Source: Acidaminococcales bacterium
Lineage (GTDB): Bacteria > Bacillota > Negativicutes > Acidaminococcales > JAISLQ01
DNA length: 64,000 nucleotides
Reading direction: 5' to 3'
Assembly (NCBI GenBank): GCA_031290885.1
Contig: JAISLQ010000006.1
Location: forward strand, 39,639 to 103,638
The notes under the pieces are model-generated. The model did not search any database and was not told the origin of the DNA. It worked only from the letters and a program-made list of their open reading frames with translations. This document shows positions 47,807 to 57,274 of this stretch, one piece after another (position 1 is the first letter of the stretch; the number at the start of each line of letters is the position of its first letter). A program made the position numbers and the translations under genes.

Positions 47807-49078
47807 TCATTCCAGACAATGAAAGCGGGCTTGGTGGTTTTTCTTTATTTCTTCGATCAGGGAAAATTCAGCGATCAGTTTGTGAAAATCAATGCCGGCG
47901 GCGGCTATTTTTGCGTCGGCGTCCGCGCCCCGGCCGGAAATGCTTTTGGTTATGTTGCATACGGCCGTGTACAAATGATCGGAAAAAACGCCGTGTTTGT
48001 AGGACAATACGGCCTCAATGAGCGCCGCCAGGTTGTCGCAGCATTTCAATATAACCCCGTCCACCGGCTTCAGCCCGCCGCGGTCATATTCCGGCGGTAT
48101 GACGAACTCCCCTTCCAGTTTTTGCGGCGCGCCGTCTTTGACGTAGCGCGTGTCAAATTCATTTTCGGTGAAATATCTTAATTCGCCGTGCCAGGATGCC
48201 GGCAAGAGGGGGAATATTTTTTCCCGCATGTACCCGCTTTCAATTTTTTTGATTTTGTCCTCAATTTCGGTGGCCGAGCGTTTGACCGGCGAGATGATGT
48301 CGCGCGTCAGCACTTCGGGCAGATCATGGAAGAGGCCGCACAGATAGTCGTTTACGATCCGCTCGTCGGAGGCGCCGAGCGCGTGGGCGCAAAAATAGCC
48401 AAAGATAGCGACGATCAGCATGTGCCCCATGACGGAAGTTTCCGGTATGCGCGGCGACTGCGCCCAGCGTTTTTGAAAGCGCAATTGCCCGGCCAGGGCA
48501 ATGAACTTTTGTATTTTGCCGCTGCCGGACAGTTTCTGTACGCCGGCAAGATCGCCATAGTCCTTTATCTGCGATAAAATCTCCCTGCGCGTATCTTCAA
48601 TGCCGATCACCACGCCCCTGTTCATGCGGTAGATGATGCGAAACTCCCAATTGGTGGCAAGGTAATGGGCGGCTTTCAGTATGCGTTTTTCACGGGCCAG
48701 GCATTTTGGCTCGGCGAAATAAGCTTTGAAAGCGTCAAAGAAGCCGCCGCCCAAGCTGCGGAGCGCCGGTTCAAGCCGGCCGGTCACCCACCCGTCGATC
48801 TCCCGTCCGTTCCCGCGCATTAATTCATAATAGACAGGCGGCTTTATATCGGTAACGACCGTGCGGTGCAAGAACTCAAACAGCCCGCCTTCGATCAGGG
48901 CGCGCCAGTTGACGGCGTTTTTCCGGCGTTCCTCATATTTGGCCAGAACATAGGCGATGACCATCTTGTGCGCCTGTTTGTCCAACTCCGTAAATCCTTG
49001 GTGCGGGTGCAGGTGATCTTTCCAGCGTTGGGAATTGGCCGCATCGTAAATCTTCTCAATCAGCTCTTTGGTCAGCAT
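47807..49078 (-). CDS. HD-domain phosphohydrolase (about 423 aa, function unknown)
   Basis: HMLIVAIFGYFCA...GLFHDLPEVLTRDIISPVK is an H...HD motif similar to YfbR-type nucleotidases, with a large N-terminal helical region. The ATG at 49078 overlaps the upstream gene's 3' end. Confidence 0.7.
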   Translation of the reverse strand: MLTKELIEKIYDAANSQRWKDHLHPHQGFTELDKQAHKMVIAYVLAKYEERRKNAVNWRALIEGGLFEFLHRTVVTDIKPPVYYELMRGNGREIDGWVTGRLEPALRSLGGGFFDAFKAYFAEPKCLAREKRILKAAHYLATNWEFRIIYRMNRGVVIGIEDTRREILSQIKDYGDLAGVQKLSGSGKIQKFIALAGQLRFQKRWAQSPRIPETSVMGHMLIVAIFGYFCAHALGASDERIVNDYLCGLFHDLPEVLTRDIISPVKRSATEIEDKIKKIESGYMREKIFPLLPASWHGELRYFTENEFDTRYVKDGAPQKLEGEFVIPPEYDRGGLKPVDGVILKCCDNLAALIEAVLSYKHGVFSDHLYTAVCNITKSISGRGADADAKIAAAGIDFHKLIAEFSLIEEIKKNHQARFHCLE

Positions 49079-50309
49079 GTCCACGCCCTCCGCCCCATTC
49101 ATACAAAAGATAGGGTTGCGCCTTCACGGAAAAAGCCGCGCATTCTTCGCGCCATCTGACAAGCAGCTCTTCCAGCGGCAGATTGTCCCAAACCGAATTT
49201 TCGCCGAGGTTTTTATCCAGCCGGGCAGTGCCGCCTGCGTCTATTTTGTCCACCCCCGCCATCCGGCGCAGGATGTAAAACAGCCTTACGCCGGTTTCCA
49301 CCGCGGCCGCTTTTTTTTTGTCCGTAAAATGCAATTGGACGCCATAACAGGTTTTGCCGGCGTAACCGCCGAAAGCGGGCGTAAAAGCCACCGGCCGGAA
49401 GATGACGCCGGGCAGGTTCTCCTGGTTGCCAAGACGAGCCAGCCGGTAAGGGTCTATCCAAGGCGCGCCGACAAACTCAAACGGCCTGGTCGTCCCCACT
49501 CCGTTTGTAACGCCCAGTCCGGCAAAAGCGCCGGTGGCGGCGTAACCTATCACGCTGTCGAGCGTCGGTATGTTCGGCGAGGTCATGACCCAGGGAAGGC
49601 CGGTTTCTTCAAAATACATTTCGCGCGTCCAGCCGGAAAGGGGGACTACAAAAAGATCGACGCCTATGGCGAACTCGCCGTTATAAAAAAGCGCCGCTTC
49701 CCCCGGCGTCAGCCCGTGCCGGAAAGGTATGGGGTAAAGCCCGACAAAAGACTCAAACCCCGCTTTAAGCACCGGCCCTTCCATTTTGCCGCCAAGGGGA
49801 TTGGGCCGGTCGAGCACGGCAAACTGTTTTTTTTCTTCGGCGCAGGCCTGCATGGCGTAAACCATAGTCGAAAGATAGGTATAATTGCGCACGCCTATGT
49901 CCTGTATGTCAAAAACCAGCATATCGACATTTTCCAGCATCTGCGCCGTGGGTTTTTTCACCGCGCCGTACAGGCTATATACCGGCACGCCCAAGCGCCC
50001 GTCAAAATAAGCACCGACTGCGCCGCCGGCCGCCGCCTGCCCAAGATAGCCGTGCTCGGGCGAAAAGATCGCCGTCAAATTCATTTTGCCGGCCAAAATT
50101 TTCGCGCTGTCGTTCAGGTCCTTGTCCACCCCGGTCGCGTTGGTGATAAGCCCTATGCGCTTGCCGGCGAACAGGCCGGCAAATTCGTCGATCCTTTCCA
50201 GGCCGGTTTTTACCGGCGGCGGCTGGCCTTTCCCTCCGGCGACGAAAGCCGGCGGCGAAACCGCCAGCATAAACAATATGAGAAAAATACGCGGCAGATT
50301 TTTACGCAT
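49056..50309 (-). CDS. DUF1343 family protein (YbbC/NamZ-like exo-beta-N-acetylmuramidase)
   Basis: It has a signal peptide, then GLERIDEF...GKRIGLITNATGVD...LTAIFSPEHGY...VPVYSLYG...MLVFDIQDIGVRNYTY...LDRPNPLGG. This matches my memory of DUF1343. Confidence 0.75.
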   Translation of the reverse strand: MRKNLPRIFLILFMLAVSPPAFVAGGKGQPPPVKTGLERIDEFAGLFAGKRIGLITNATGVDKDLNDSAKILAGKMNLTAIFSPEHGYLGQAAAGGAVGAYFDGRLGVPVYSLYGAVKKPTAQMLENVDMLVFDIQDIGVRNYTYLSTMVYAMQACAEEKKQFAVLDRPNPLGGKMEGPVLKAGFESFVGLYPIPFRHGLTPGEAALFYNGEFAIGVDLFVVPLSGWTREMYFEETGLPWVMTSPNIPTLDSVIGYAATGAFAGLGVTNGVGTTRPFEFVGAPWIDPYRLARLGNQENLPGVIFRPVAFTPAFGGYAGKTCYGVQLHFTDKKKAAAVETGVRLFYILRRMAGVDKIDAGGTARLDKNLGENSVWDNLPLEELLVRWREECAAFSVKAQPYLLYEWGGGRGHADQRAD

Positions 50310-50628
50310 GTTCAATTTCCTTTCCATAAACGGCCAGCCAAACGCAGGGCGGGCAAGCGGAAGTGTAAGCCACGCGGTGTTTTTCCCGCGCCGGAAGAAG
50401 CAGCCAGTCTCCCGTTTCCAAAAGTTTCCTGCGCCCGTCCGGCCATTCTATTTCGCCCTTGCCCGCAAGGACAATCACCCATTCGTCTTCCTCCTCCTCA
50501 TACCAAAAACCCGGGGCGGATTTTTGCCCTGTGGATATTATCCTCGTTATCCGCCCTTCTTTCAGCCGGAAAAGTTCTTCGGCCATCTCGCCGCCATTTT
50601 TCCGGGAATATTCAAAAATATTTTGCAA
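50302..50628 (-). CDS. Cupin domain protein
   Basis: The ORF is 108 aa. DEWVIVLAGKGEIEW.DG....LETGDWLLLPAREKHRV is the cupin beta-barrel pattern. The start is either the TTG at 50628, 5 nt after GGAGGG, or the ATG at 50586. Confidence 0.7.
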   Translation of the reverse strand: MQNIFEYSRKNGGEMAEELFRLKEGRITRIISTGQKSAPGFWYEEEEDEWVIVLAGKGEIEWPDGRRKLLETGDWLLLPAREKHRVAYTSACPPCVWLAVYGKEIEHA

Positions 50629-50902
50629 GATGTCCCTCCGCCAATTTTCAGCTTTTGCCAGGAGAGCGCGAAAGCAAAAACTTCTTTGCCCATCACGCCG
50701 CTATTTAAAGATAATTCGGCTGCGGCGGGCAAATTCCTGCTTTGAGTGGCACTATCGCGAAAAGCCAAATGCCATTAAATGCCTTATGTAAAAAACCTTG
50801 CATATTCGCGCAAAATGCTTTAATATTATAAAAAGCGGTAAGCATTAAGTTTGAATGTAAATAAAGTATTACTTAACTCATTGCAAGGCGGAGGGGCGAT
50901 AA

Positions 50903-51928
50903 TTGCCTGATAAAAACGCGATGATCAGCATCAGGGGGCTGCAAAAAAAATTTGACGATACCGTCGTCATCCCCCACCTTGACCTTACCATAAACAACGG
51001 GGAATTCCTTACCCTGCTCGGCCCGTCCGGCTGCGGCAAGACTACTTTGCTGCGTATGCTTGCCGGGCTGGAAACGCCCACGCAGGGCGAAATATACATC
51101 GACAGCCGGAACGTGACGAAACTGCCGCCCTACAAGCGCAATGTCAACATGATTTTTCAGCACTACGCGCTTTTTCCGCACATGACGGTGGAAGAAAACA
51201 TCCGTTTCGGGCTCAACATGAAAAGGGTGCCGGCCGCCGAGCAAAAAAAGCTCGTCGATCAGGTGGTGTACCTTACCCAGCTTGACGAATTTCGCGCCCG
51301 CCGCCCACAGCAATTGTCCGGCGGGCAGCAGCAGCGGGTGGCTATCGCGCGCGCGCTGGTGAACAGCCCCAAGGTCCTGCTTCTGGACGAGCCTTTGGGC
51401 GCGCTTGATTATCAACTGCGCAAAAATTTGCAGCTGGAATTGAAAAATCTGCAAAAAGGGCTGGGCATAACTTTTGTTTACGTAACGCACGATCAAGAAG
51501 AAGCCCTGACCATGTCCGACCGGATAGTAGTCATGAACAAAGGGGCGGTGGAGCAAGATTCCAGCCCCGATACGCTTTATCACCGGCCGGAGTCCACTTT
51601 CGTCGCGACTTTTATCGGCGAAGTGAACATATTTGAAAGCGCAAGCGGCAAGATCGCCATGCGCCCGGAAAAGATAAATCTTGCCGAAGCCGGGGCAGCT
51701 TTGCCTTGCTGCCCGCCGGAGGCCGGCCCCTGCCCGGCCCCTCGTTATTTCGGCACAATCGTGGACGTGGTTTTTTACGGAACTATCGACAAGATATTCA
51801 TACTCATAGACAACAGCCGCCAAATCGTTACCGCGTACCAATATTTTGACGACAAAAGAAAATGGCGGGCAGAAGAAAGGGTCGGCCTGTGGTGGCGCCC
51901 CCAGGACGAAGTGAGGCTACAGCGATGA
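50903..51928 (+). CDS. potA: Spermidine/putrescine ABC transporter ATP-binding protein
   Basis: [44 protein letters not shown] and [10 protein letters not shown] are present, together with a C-terminal TOBE-like region. Confidence 0.88.
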   Translation: MPDKNAMISIRGLQKKFDDTVVIPHLDLTINNGEFLTLLGPSGCGKTTLLRMLAGLETPTQGEIYIDSRNVTKLPPYKRNVNMIFQHYALFPHMTVEENIRFGLNMKRVPAAEQKKLVDQVVYLTQLDEFRARRPQQLSGGQQQRVAIARALVNSPKVLLLDEPLGALDYQLRKNLQLELKNLQKGLGITFVYVTHDQEEALTMSDRIVVMNKGAVEQDSSPDTLYHRPESTFVATFIGEVNIFESASGKIAMRPEKINLAEAGAALPCCPPEAGPCPAPRYFGTIVDVVFYGTIDKIFILIDNSRQIVTAYQYFDDKRKWRAEERVGLWWRPQDEVRLQR

Positions 51929-52767
51929 AGCGCGGCCAATTAATGGCGGTGCCGGCGCTCGGCTGGCTTGCCTTGTTTTTTGCGGTGCCGCTCATGATCG
52001 TTGTCGTCATTTCTTTTTTGGGCCGCACGCCTTACGGCCAGTTGCTGTTTTATTTTACGGTTGAAAATTACCGGCGCTTTTTTGAACCTCTTTACCTTAA
52101 CATACTTTTTTCTACCTTTGGCACGGCGGTTGCCGTTACCTTCATCACTTTCCTGCTAGGCTACCCCCTTGCCTACGCGATCGCCCGCGCCCGGCGCGGC
52201 TGGCAGAAAACCGGCTTGCTGCTGGTCATGATCCCTTTCTGGATCAATTTTCTCATCCGTTCCTACGCCTGGGTAATTATCCTGCGCTCGCAGGGCGTGG
52301 TCAACTCCTTGCTCCTAAGTGCCGGGCTGATTGAAAGCCCCCTGCCCCTATTGTATAACGACGGCGCGGTGCTGCTTGGGCTTGTTTACGCCATGATCCC
52401 CTTCATGGTGCTGCCGGCCTACGTATCCATAGAACAACTTGACCAGCGCCTTTTGGAGGCGGCGTCCGACCTTGGCGCGTCCCCCCTGAGATCTTTTTTC
52501 AAAATAACCCTGCCCCTTACCCTGCCCGGCATCGCGGCCGGATCCATACTTGTTTTCATCTCTACCCTCGGCATGTTCGTCATACCGGACATAATGGGCG
52601 GCGCCAAATCGCCGCTTATCGGCAACCTGATACAAAACCAGTTCCTGAGCGCGCGCAATTGGCCTTTCGGCTCGGCGCTTTCCATCCTGCTGGCCTTTTT
52701 GTCAATGCTGCTTATCTTTCTTTATTATAGGGCGCTCGGCATAAGGAAAGGGGGCGGCCTGCTATGA
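51925..52767 (+). CDS. potB: Spermidine/putrescine ABC transporter permease
   Basis: I chose the ATG at 51925, which overlaps the potA stop in an ATGA. It is polytopic, with [26 protein letters not shown] (the EAA loop). Confidence 0.85.
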   Translation: MKRGQLMAVPALGWLALFFAVPLMIVVVISFLGRTPYGQLLFYFTVENYRRFFEPLYLNILFSTFGTAVAVTFITFLLGYPLAYAIARARRGWQKTGLLLVMIPFWINFLIRSYAWVIILRSQGVVNSLLLSAGLIESPLPLLYNDGAVLLGLVYAMIPFMVLPAYVSIEQLDQRLLEAASDLGASPLRSFFKITLPLTLPGIAAGSILVFISTLGMFVIPDIMGGAKSPLIGNLIQNQFLSARNWPFGSALSILLAFLSMLLIFLYYRALGIRKGGGLL

Positions 52768-53576
52768 ACCGGCGCGCGGGAAAGCTTTTGGCCGCTTACG
52801 CGCTGGCGGTTATTGCCGTTTTGTATTTGCCGATCTTTCTTTTGGCCGCCTATTCTTTTAATTCGTCGCGCATAAACGCTGCTTGGACCGGTTTTACCCT
52901 GAACTGGTACCTGTCGCTTTTCAAGAACGTCCGCGTACTGGAGGCTTTGCGCAACAGCCTTATCATCGCCGGCGCAACCACCGTTGTCTCCACCGTACTA
53001 GGGACGATGGCGGCGATCAGCCTAAGCCGTTACCGGTTCAAGCACAAAGCGGCCATCAACAATCTCCTGTACCTGCCGATACTCATCCCCGAAATAGTCA
53101 TGGGGCTGTCTTTGCTGGTCATGTTCTCGCAGCTTAAAATTCCGCTGGGGAAAAACACGTTGGTCATTTCGCACATAACATTTTGCATCTCTTTTGTCAT
53201 AATAACGGTTGGCGCAAGGCTGGAAGGGATGCGCGCGGATCTTGAGGAGGCGGCGCAGGATCTTTACGCGACGCCTTGGCAAACCTTCCGCTACATCACT
53301 TTGCCGCTGGCTATGCCCGGCATAGTCGCCGGCGCGCTCATGGCCTTTACCCTGTCGATTGACGACTTTGTCATCAGTTTTTTCGTCGCCGGCCCTGAGT
53401 CGACCACCCTGCCCCTTTACATATACGCCATGGTCAAACGCGGCGTAAGCCCGGAGATCAACGCTTTGTCCACCATCATGATCGCGGCGACCGTGGCGCT
53501 TATCTTGCTCGGCCAATTTATCCGGCAGCGAGCTGAAAATAAAAACGAACAAGGAAAGGACGATCTGACAAAATGA
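52764..53576 (+). CDS. potC: Spermidine/putrescine ABC transporter permease
   Basis: The 270-aa ORF is polytopic, with LEEAAQDLYATPWQTFRYITLPLAMPG (the EAA loop). It overlaps potB. Confidence 0.85.
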   Translation: MNRRAGKLLAAYALAVIAVLYLPIFLLAAYSFNSSRINAAWTGFTLNWYLSLFKNVRVLEALRNSLIIAGATTVVSTVLGTMAAISLSRYRFKHKAAINNLLYLPILIPEIVMGLSLLVMFSQLKIPLGKNTLVISHITFCISFVIITVGARLEGMRADLEEAAQDLYATPWQTFRYITLPLAMPGIVAGALMAFTLSIDDFVISFFVAGPESTTLPLYIYAMVKRGVSPEINALSTIMIAATVALILLGQFIRQRAENKNEQGKDDLTK

Positions 53577-54643
53577 AAAAAACACTTTTTTTCGCGCTGT
53601 CTTTGCTCTTGGGCGCCATTTTCCTTCTTGCCGGCTGCGGCGCGGAAAAACCGCCGGCAACAAAAAAACCGGCCGGGCCGCAAGTGCTTAACCTTTTTGG
53701 CTGGGCCGATTACTTTGACCCTGAAATAATCGCCGAATTTGAAAAACAATACAACTGCAAAGTCAACTATGACGTTTTCGCCAACAACGAGGAACTATTG
53801 GCCAAAATGCAGGCCGGCGGCGCCCAGTACGACATCATACAGCCGTCTGACTATATGGTTGCGGCCATGATTAAACTTGGCCTGTTGGATAAAATCAACT
53901 TCAAAAACACGCCCAACCTCAAAAACATCACTTTAAGCTTCACTAAGCCGCCTTTTGATCCCAGCGGCGAATACACCGCTATTTATACTTGGGGGATTAC
54001 GGGCATCGCCTACAACAAAAAATATGTCAAGCAACCGCCGTCAAGCTGGGCCGATCTTTGGAAGCCCGATTACAAGGGGCGCGTCATTTTGCTCAACGAC
54101 GGGCGGGAAGTGCTGGGCATGGCGCTCAGGAAAAACGGGTTTTCCAACAGCACGCGCGACCGCCGGCAGCTGGAGGCGGCTTTTAACGACCTGAAAAAAC
54201 TCGCGCCCAACGTGCTGGCTTACGATACGGACAACATCAAGCAAAAATTCATCGCCGAAGAAGTCTGGATCGGTACCATGTGGTCAGGCGACGCCGTCTT
54301 TACCCAAGCGGAAAATCCCAACATCGAATACGTCACGGCCAAAGAAAACGGCGTCATCTTTGCCGATACCCTGGCCATACCCAAAAACGCCAAAAACAAA
54401 GAACTGGCGGAAAAATTCATAAACTATCTTTACGAACCCCGGGTAAGCGCCAGGAATTTTGAAGCCATCGGCTATATTGACCCGAACGAGAAAGCCTATG
54501 AATTTCATAGCAAAGAATACCGGGAAAACAAAATTTTCAACGACAGCAACGCCGCCATCAAAAACAGCGAGTGGCTGACCGACGTCGGTAGCGCCCTGAC
54601 CCTTTACGATCAATACTGGACGGAACTGAAAACCATAAGATGA
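53573..54643 (+). CDS. potD: Spermidine/putrescine ABC transporter substrate-binding lipoprotein
   Basis: It has a lipobox (LLAGCG). LNLFGWADYFDPEIIAEFEKQYNCKVNYDVFANNEELLAKMQAGGAQYDIIQPSDYMV is the typical PotD/PotF N-terminal pattern. Confidence 0.88.
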   Translation: MKKTLFFALSLLLGAIFLLAGCGAEKPPATKKPAGPQVLNLFGWADYFDPEIIAEFEKQYNCKVNYDVFANNEELLAKMQAGGAQYDIIQPSDYMVAAMIKLGLLDKINFKNTPNLKNITLSFTKPPFDPSGEYTAIYTWGITGIAYNKKYVKQPPSSWADLWKPDYKGRVILLNDGREVLGMALRKNGFSNSTRDRRQLEAAFNDLKKLAPNVLAYDTDNIKQKFIAEEVWIGTMWSGDAVFTQAENPNIEYVTAKENGVIFADTLAIPKNAKNKELAEKFINYLYEPRVSARNFEAIGYIDPNEKAYEFHSKEYRENKIFNDSNAAIKNSEWLTDVGSALTLYDQYWTELKTIR

Positions 54644-54940
54644 CCCCAATTAAAGCCGCTTTGCGGCAAACGATCAGGGGAAGCCTCCGATAAATCCATG
54701 GCGACGCTTTGCCGGACATTTTCCGGGCAGCAGGCGAATGGGCGCGAGAGCAAATGCCGGGCGCGCCAAGAATGTCCATAGCACCCGGCGGCCCTTTGCG
54801 GCGGCTTCGCTTCAAAGCGCGTTGCCGGCCGCGGGCGGACGGCGAACGTTGAGATGCCCGTTCAGAGGGCAAGGTTGCCCGCCGCCACAGGAGATTGCCA
54901 GAGATCCCCTGAAGTTTTGCGAGAATGTTAGGAGTAATTT

Positions 54941-55492
54941 ATGCAGCCTTTGATCAACGCCGGTTTTTTTGGCACCTTGATTTGCGCCGTTGCGGCTTTT
55001 TATTTGGTGCGCAAAAAAAACGCTTTGTGGAAGGGATTTTGCGCCGGCATGGCCTTTTGCGGTCTTTTGGCGGCGGCGGGCTTGGCCGCCGCCCCTTTCG
55101 TTGAAGAAAAGATCCGGCCGCCGAAGATCCAATTTGAGCCAGCCGACCTGATAAAATACGAAATCCGGTCGGTGAACGCGCCCAGCGAGCGGGAAGTACG
55201 GGCGTGGCGCCGGGGCCTTGCCTGCAGCCTGACCTATAACATACTGGTCGAAAAGAACACCCCCAGCGAAGCGGAATTTGCGCGGATTGCCGGGGACATT
55301 GTCGAAAAGGACGCCAAAGCCCGCCGCAACTGGAACTACATCTATTTTTACCTGCATACGCCCGAGGGATTGAAAAGCGGCGTAGCCTATATGTCCGCCA
55401 CCTATTCCCTTAACGGCAGCGCCGAGCAAAGCAGCAAGGTCAGGCCCGGCGAATACGACGATAATTTTCGGTTTGTCATCAGAGTGATTTAA
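54941..55492 (+). CDS. Hypothetical membrane-anchored protein
   Basis: The ORF is 183 aa with an AGGAG RBS and two N-terminal hydrophobic segments, followed by a soluble domain of balanced composition. The antisense ORF 54812..55558 is Arg/Gly/Pro-rich and I judge it spurious. Confidence 0.6.
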   Translation: MQPLINAGFFGTLICAVAAFYLVRKKNALWKGFCAGMAFCGLLAAAGLAAAPFVEEKIRPPKIQFEPADLIKYEIRSVNAPSEREVRAWRRGLACSLTYNILVEKNTPSEAEFARIAGDIVEKDAKARRNWNYIYFYLHTPEGLKSGVAYMSATYSLNGSAEQSSKVRPGEYDDNFRFVIRVI

Positions 55493-55769
55493 CTTCTGCC
55501 GCGCGGTCTGGGCCCGCCGCCTTTCGGCGCGGATTTTATGAATTTTGCGCGAAACCATTCGAAAAATGAGTTCCCGTCAGTTCCAGCTTGCTTTGAGCAA
55601 GTGTTCTTTCCGAGGATTGCGCCCTTGTGCCGGCTTTCAACCGGCGCGCATTTATGCGCTAGCCCACCTGCTTCAGGATGTGGATGTTTAGCCCTCTTTC
55701 TTCTCTCATGTTCTCATTGCGCCTTGTCTTCCCCGCTCTTTTTGAAAATTGATTTTTGTGTGTTGGCGT

Positions 55770-55798
55770 TTGACAAAAAAGTCAATAAATGATATATT
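55770..55798 (+). promoter_or_regulatory. SigA-type promoter of the rplU operon
   Basis: TTGACA (55770-55775), a 17-nt spacer, then TATATT (55793-55798). Confidence 0.6.
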
Positions 55799-55804
55799 GT
55801 TTGG

Positions 55805-55999
55805 GCGCGAACTTATTGGGCATTAGTTTTGTACCCAATCTTTTTTGGACGATGCGGCTTTTGCGGCCGTATTGTTTAACCGCACGGAGAGGCCATGATT
55901 GCGCGCCTGCGGCTGCCAAGCCGCGAATGTGCGCCCCCAAACCGCCTTGAGCGGTGCCGTATCCGGCGAGTCTATGTTTTAAGGAGGTGTGAACACCCA
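55805..55999 (+). promoter_or_regulatory. Long structured 5' leader of rplU (possible L21 ribosomal-protein leader)
   Basis: An untranslated region of about 195 nt lies between a strong promoter and rplU. Firmicutes are known to carry an L21 leader in this position. I could not verify the consensus structure by eye. Confidence 0.4.
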
Positions 56000-56311
56000 A
56001 TGTACGCGATTATCAAAACAGGCGGCAAACAATACAAAGTCAGCGAAGGCGACGCCATTTCGGTGGAAAAACTGGAAGCCGCCGAAGGCGAAACTGTCGT
56101 CTTCGACCAAGTGCTTTTCTGCGCGGACGATTCAGGGGTCAAGATCGGCCAGCCTTTATTGGAAGGGGCAAGCGTCAAGGCGAAAGTGCTGGAACAAGGC
56201 AAAGACAAGAAAATACTTGTTTTCAAATATAAGGCCAAATCCAATTATCGCCGTCGCCAAGGGCACAGGCAGCTTTTTACCAAAATCGAAATCGAAAAAA
56301 TTGAGGCTTGA
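56000..56311 (+). CDS. rplU: 50S ribosomal protein L21
   Basis: [25 protein letters not shown]...[28 protein letters not shown]. The ATG at 56000 follows an AAGGAGG RBS. Confidence 0.97.
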   Translation: MYAIIKTGGKQYKVSEGDAISVEKLEAAEGETVVFDQVLFCADDSGVKIGQPLLEGASVKAKVLEQGKDKKILVFKYKAKSNYRRRQGHRQLFTKIEIEKIEA

Positions 56312-56634
56312 TGATAAAAATAAAAATCCGGCGCAGCAATGGCCGGATAACGGCCTGCGAAGTTACCGGCCACGCCGGTACGGACGAAAAAGGCAAGGAC
56401 ATTGTTTGCGCGGCCGTGTCCGCGCTTACGGAAACCGCTCTTTTAGGCTTGGGGCGCTGCGCCGGGGCGCGGCTTGAATACAAAGTCAGCCGGCGGCCGG
56501 CCTTGTTGTCTTTTGCCTTAAAAGACGCCCCGAACGACAAAACGGACGCTATTTTGGAAACAATGCTTTTGGGCTTGACGGAAATAGCCGGAACATACAA
56601 AAACAGCCTGGAACTGGCGGAATATCGGAGGTAA
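56308..56634 (+). CDS. prp: Ribosomal-processing cysteine protease Prp (YsxB/DUF464)
   Basis: The 108-aa ORF lies between rplU and rpmA. It shows [21 protein letters not shown], which carries the His and Cys catalytic dyad context. Confidence 0.88.
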   Translation: MMIKIKIRRSNGRITACEVTGHAGTDEKGKDIVCAAVSALTETALLGLGRCAGARLEYKVSRRPALLSFALKDAPNDKTDAILETMLLGLTEIAGTYKNSLELAEYRR

Positions 56635-56639
56635 GTGCC

Positions 56640-56927
56640 ATGTTTAGATTTAATCTGCAACTGTTCGCGCATAAAAAAGGGGTCAGCAGTTCGCGCAACG
56701 GGCGCGACAGCCAATCCAAGCGCCTGGGCGTAAAAAGGCACGCCGGCCAGGTCGTTACCGCCGGCAGCATACTTGTGCGCCAGCGCGGCACCCGTTTTTA
56801 TCCTGGCTTCAATGTCGGGATTGGCCGCGACCACACCCTGTTCGCGAAGATAGCGGGCAAAGTCGCGTTCGAGCGCCGCGGACGCTTTGACCGGCAAATC
56901 AGTGTCTATGCGTCAGAACAATCATAA
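56640..56927 (+). CDS. rpmA: 50S ribosomal protein L27 (with N-terminal propeptide)
   Basis: [56 protein letters not shown]. The 9-aa extension before AHKKG is the Prp-cleaved propeptide typical of Firmicutes. Confidence 0.97.
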   Translation: MFRFNLQLFAHKKGVSSSRNGRDSQSKRLGVKRHAGQVVTAGSILVRQRGTRFYPGFNVGIGRDHTLFAKIAGKVAFERRGRFDRQISVYASEQS

Positions 56928-56957
56928 GTTCTATGCATAGTGCATTGCGGGAAAACG

Positions 56958-56999
56958 GGCGGCGAATCTTTACGTTAGCGCAAAGATTTGCCGCCTTTT
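56958..56999 (+). terminator. Rho-independent terminator after rpmA
   Basis: GGGCGGCGAATCTTT...AAAGATTTGCCGCC forms a stem, followed by TTTTA. Confidence 0.65.
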
Positions 57000-57274
57000 A
57001 CATTGCCCCTATTTAATACTGTTCAAAGACTAAACCACGCTTTAAGATTCGCGGGGCAATTTAGCGTCCTGCGCGGCGCAAAACACAGGCGACCCCCCTA
57101 CGTTCGGCGAGGCTTCAGGACAAAGCGGGGCGGTAAATTGGCCGCAAAGACGGTACGGTTTTAATCTGATAGCAGCAAAAGCTATTTTATTTGACAAAAA
57201 CAGACGCATGGCCTATTTCAAGGCGCAAAAGGAATTTTTCAAATTCAGCCGTCATTAGGGCCGGAAAGCAGATT

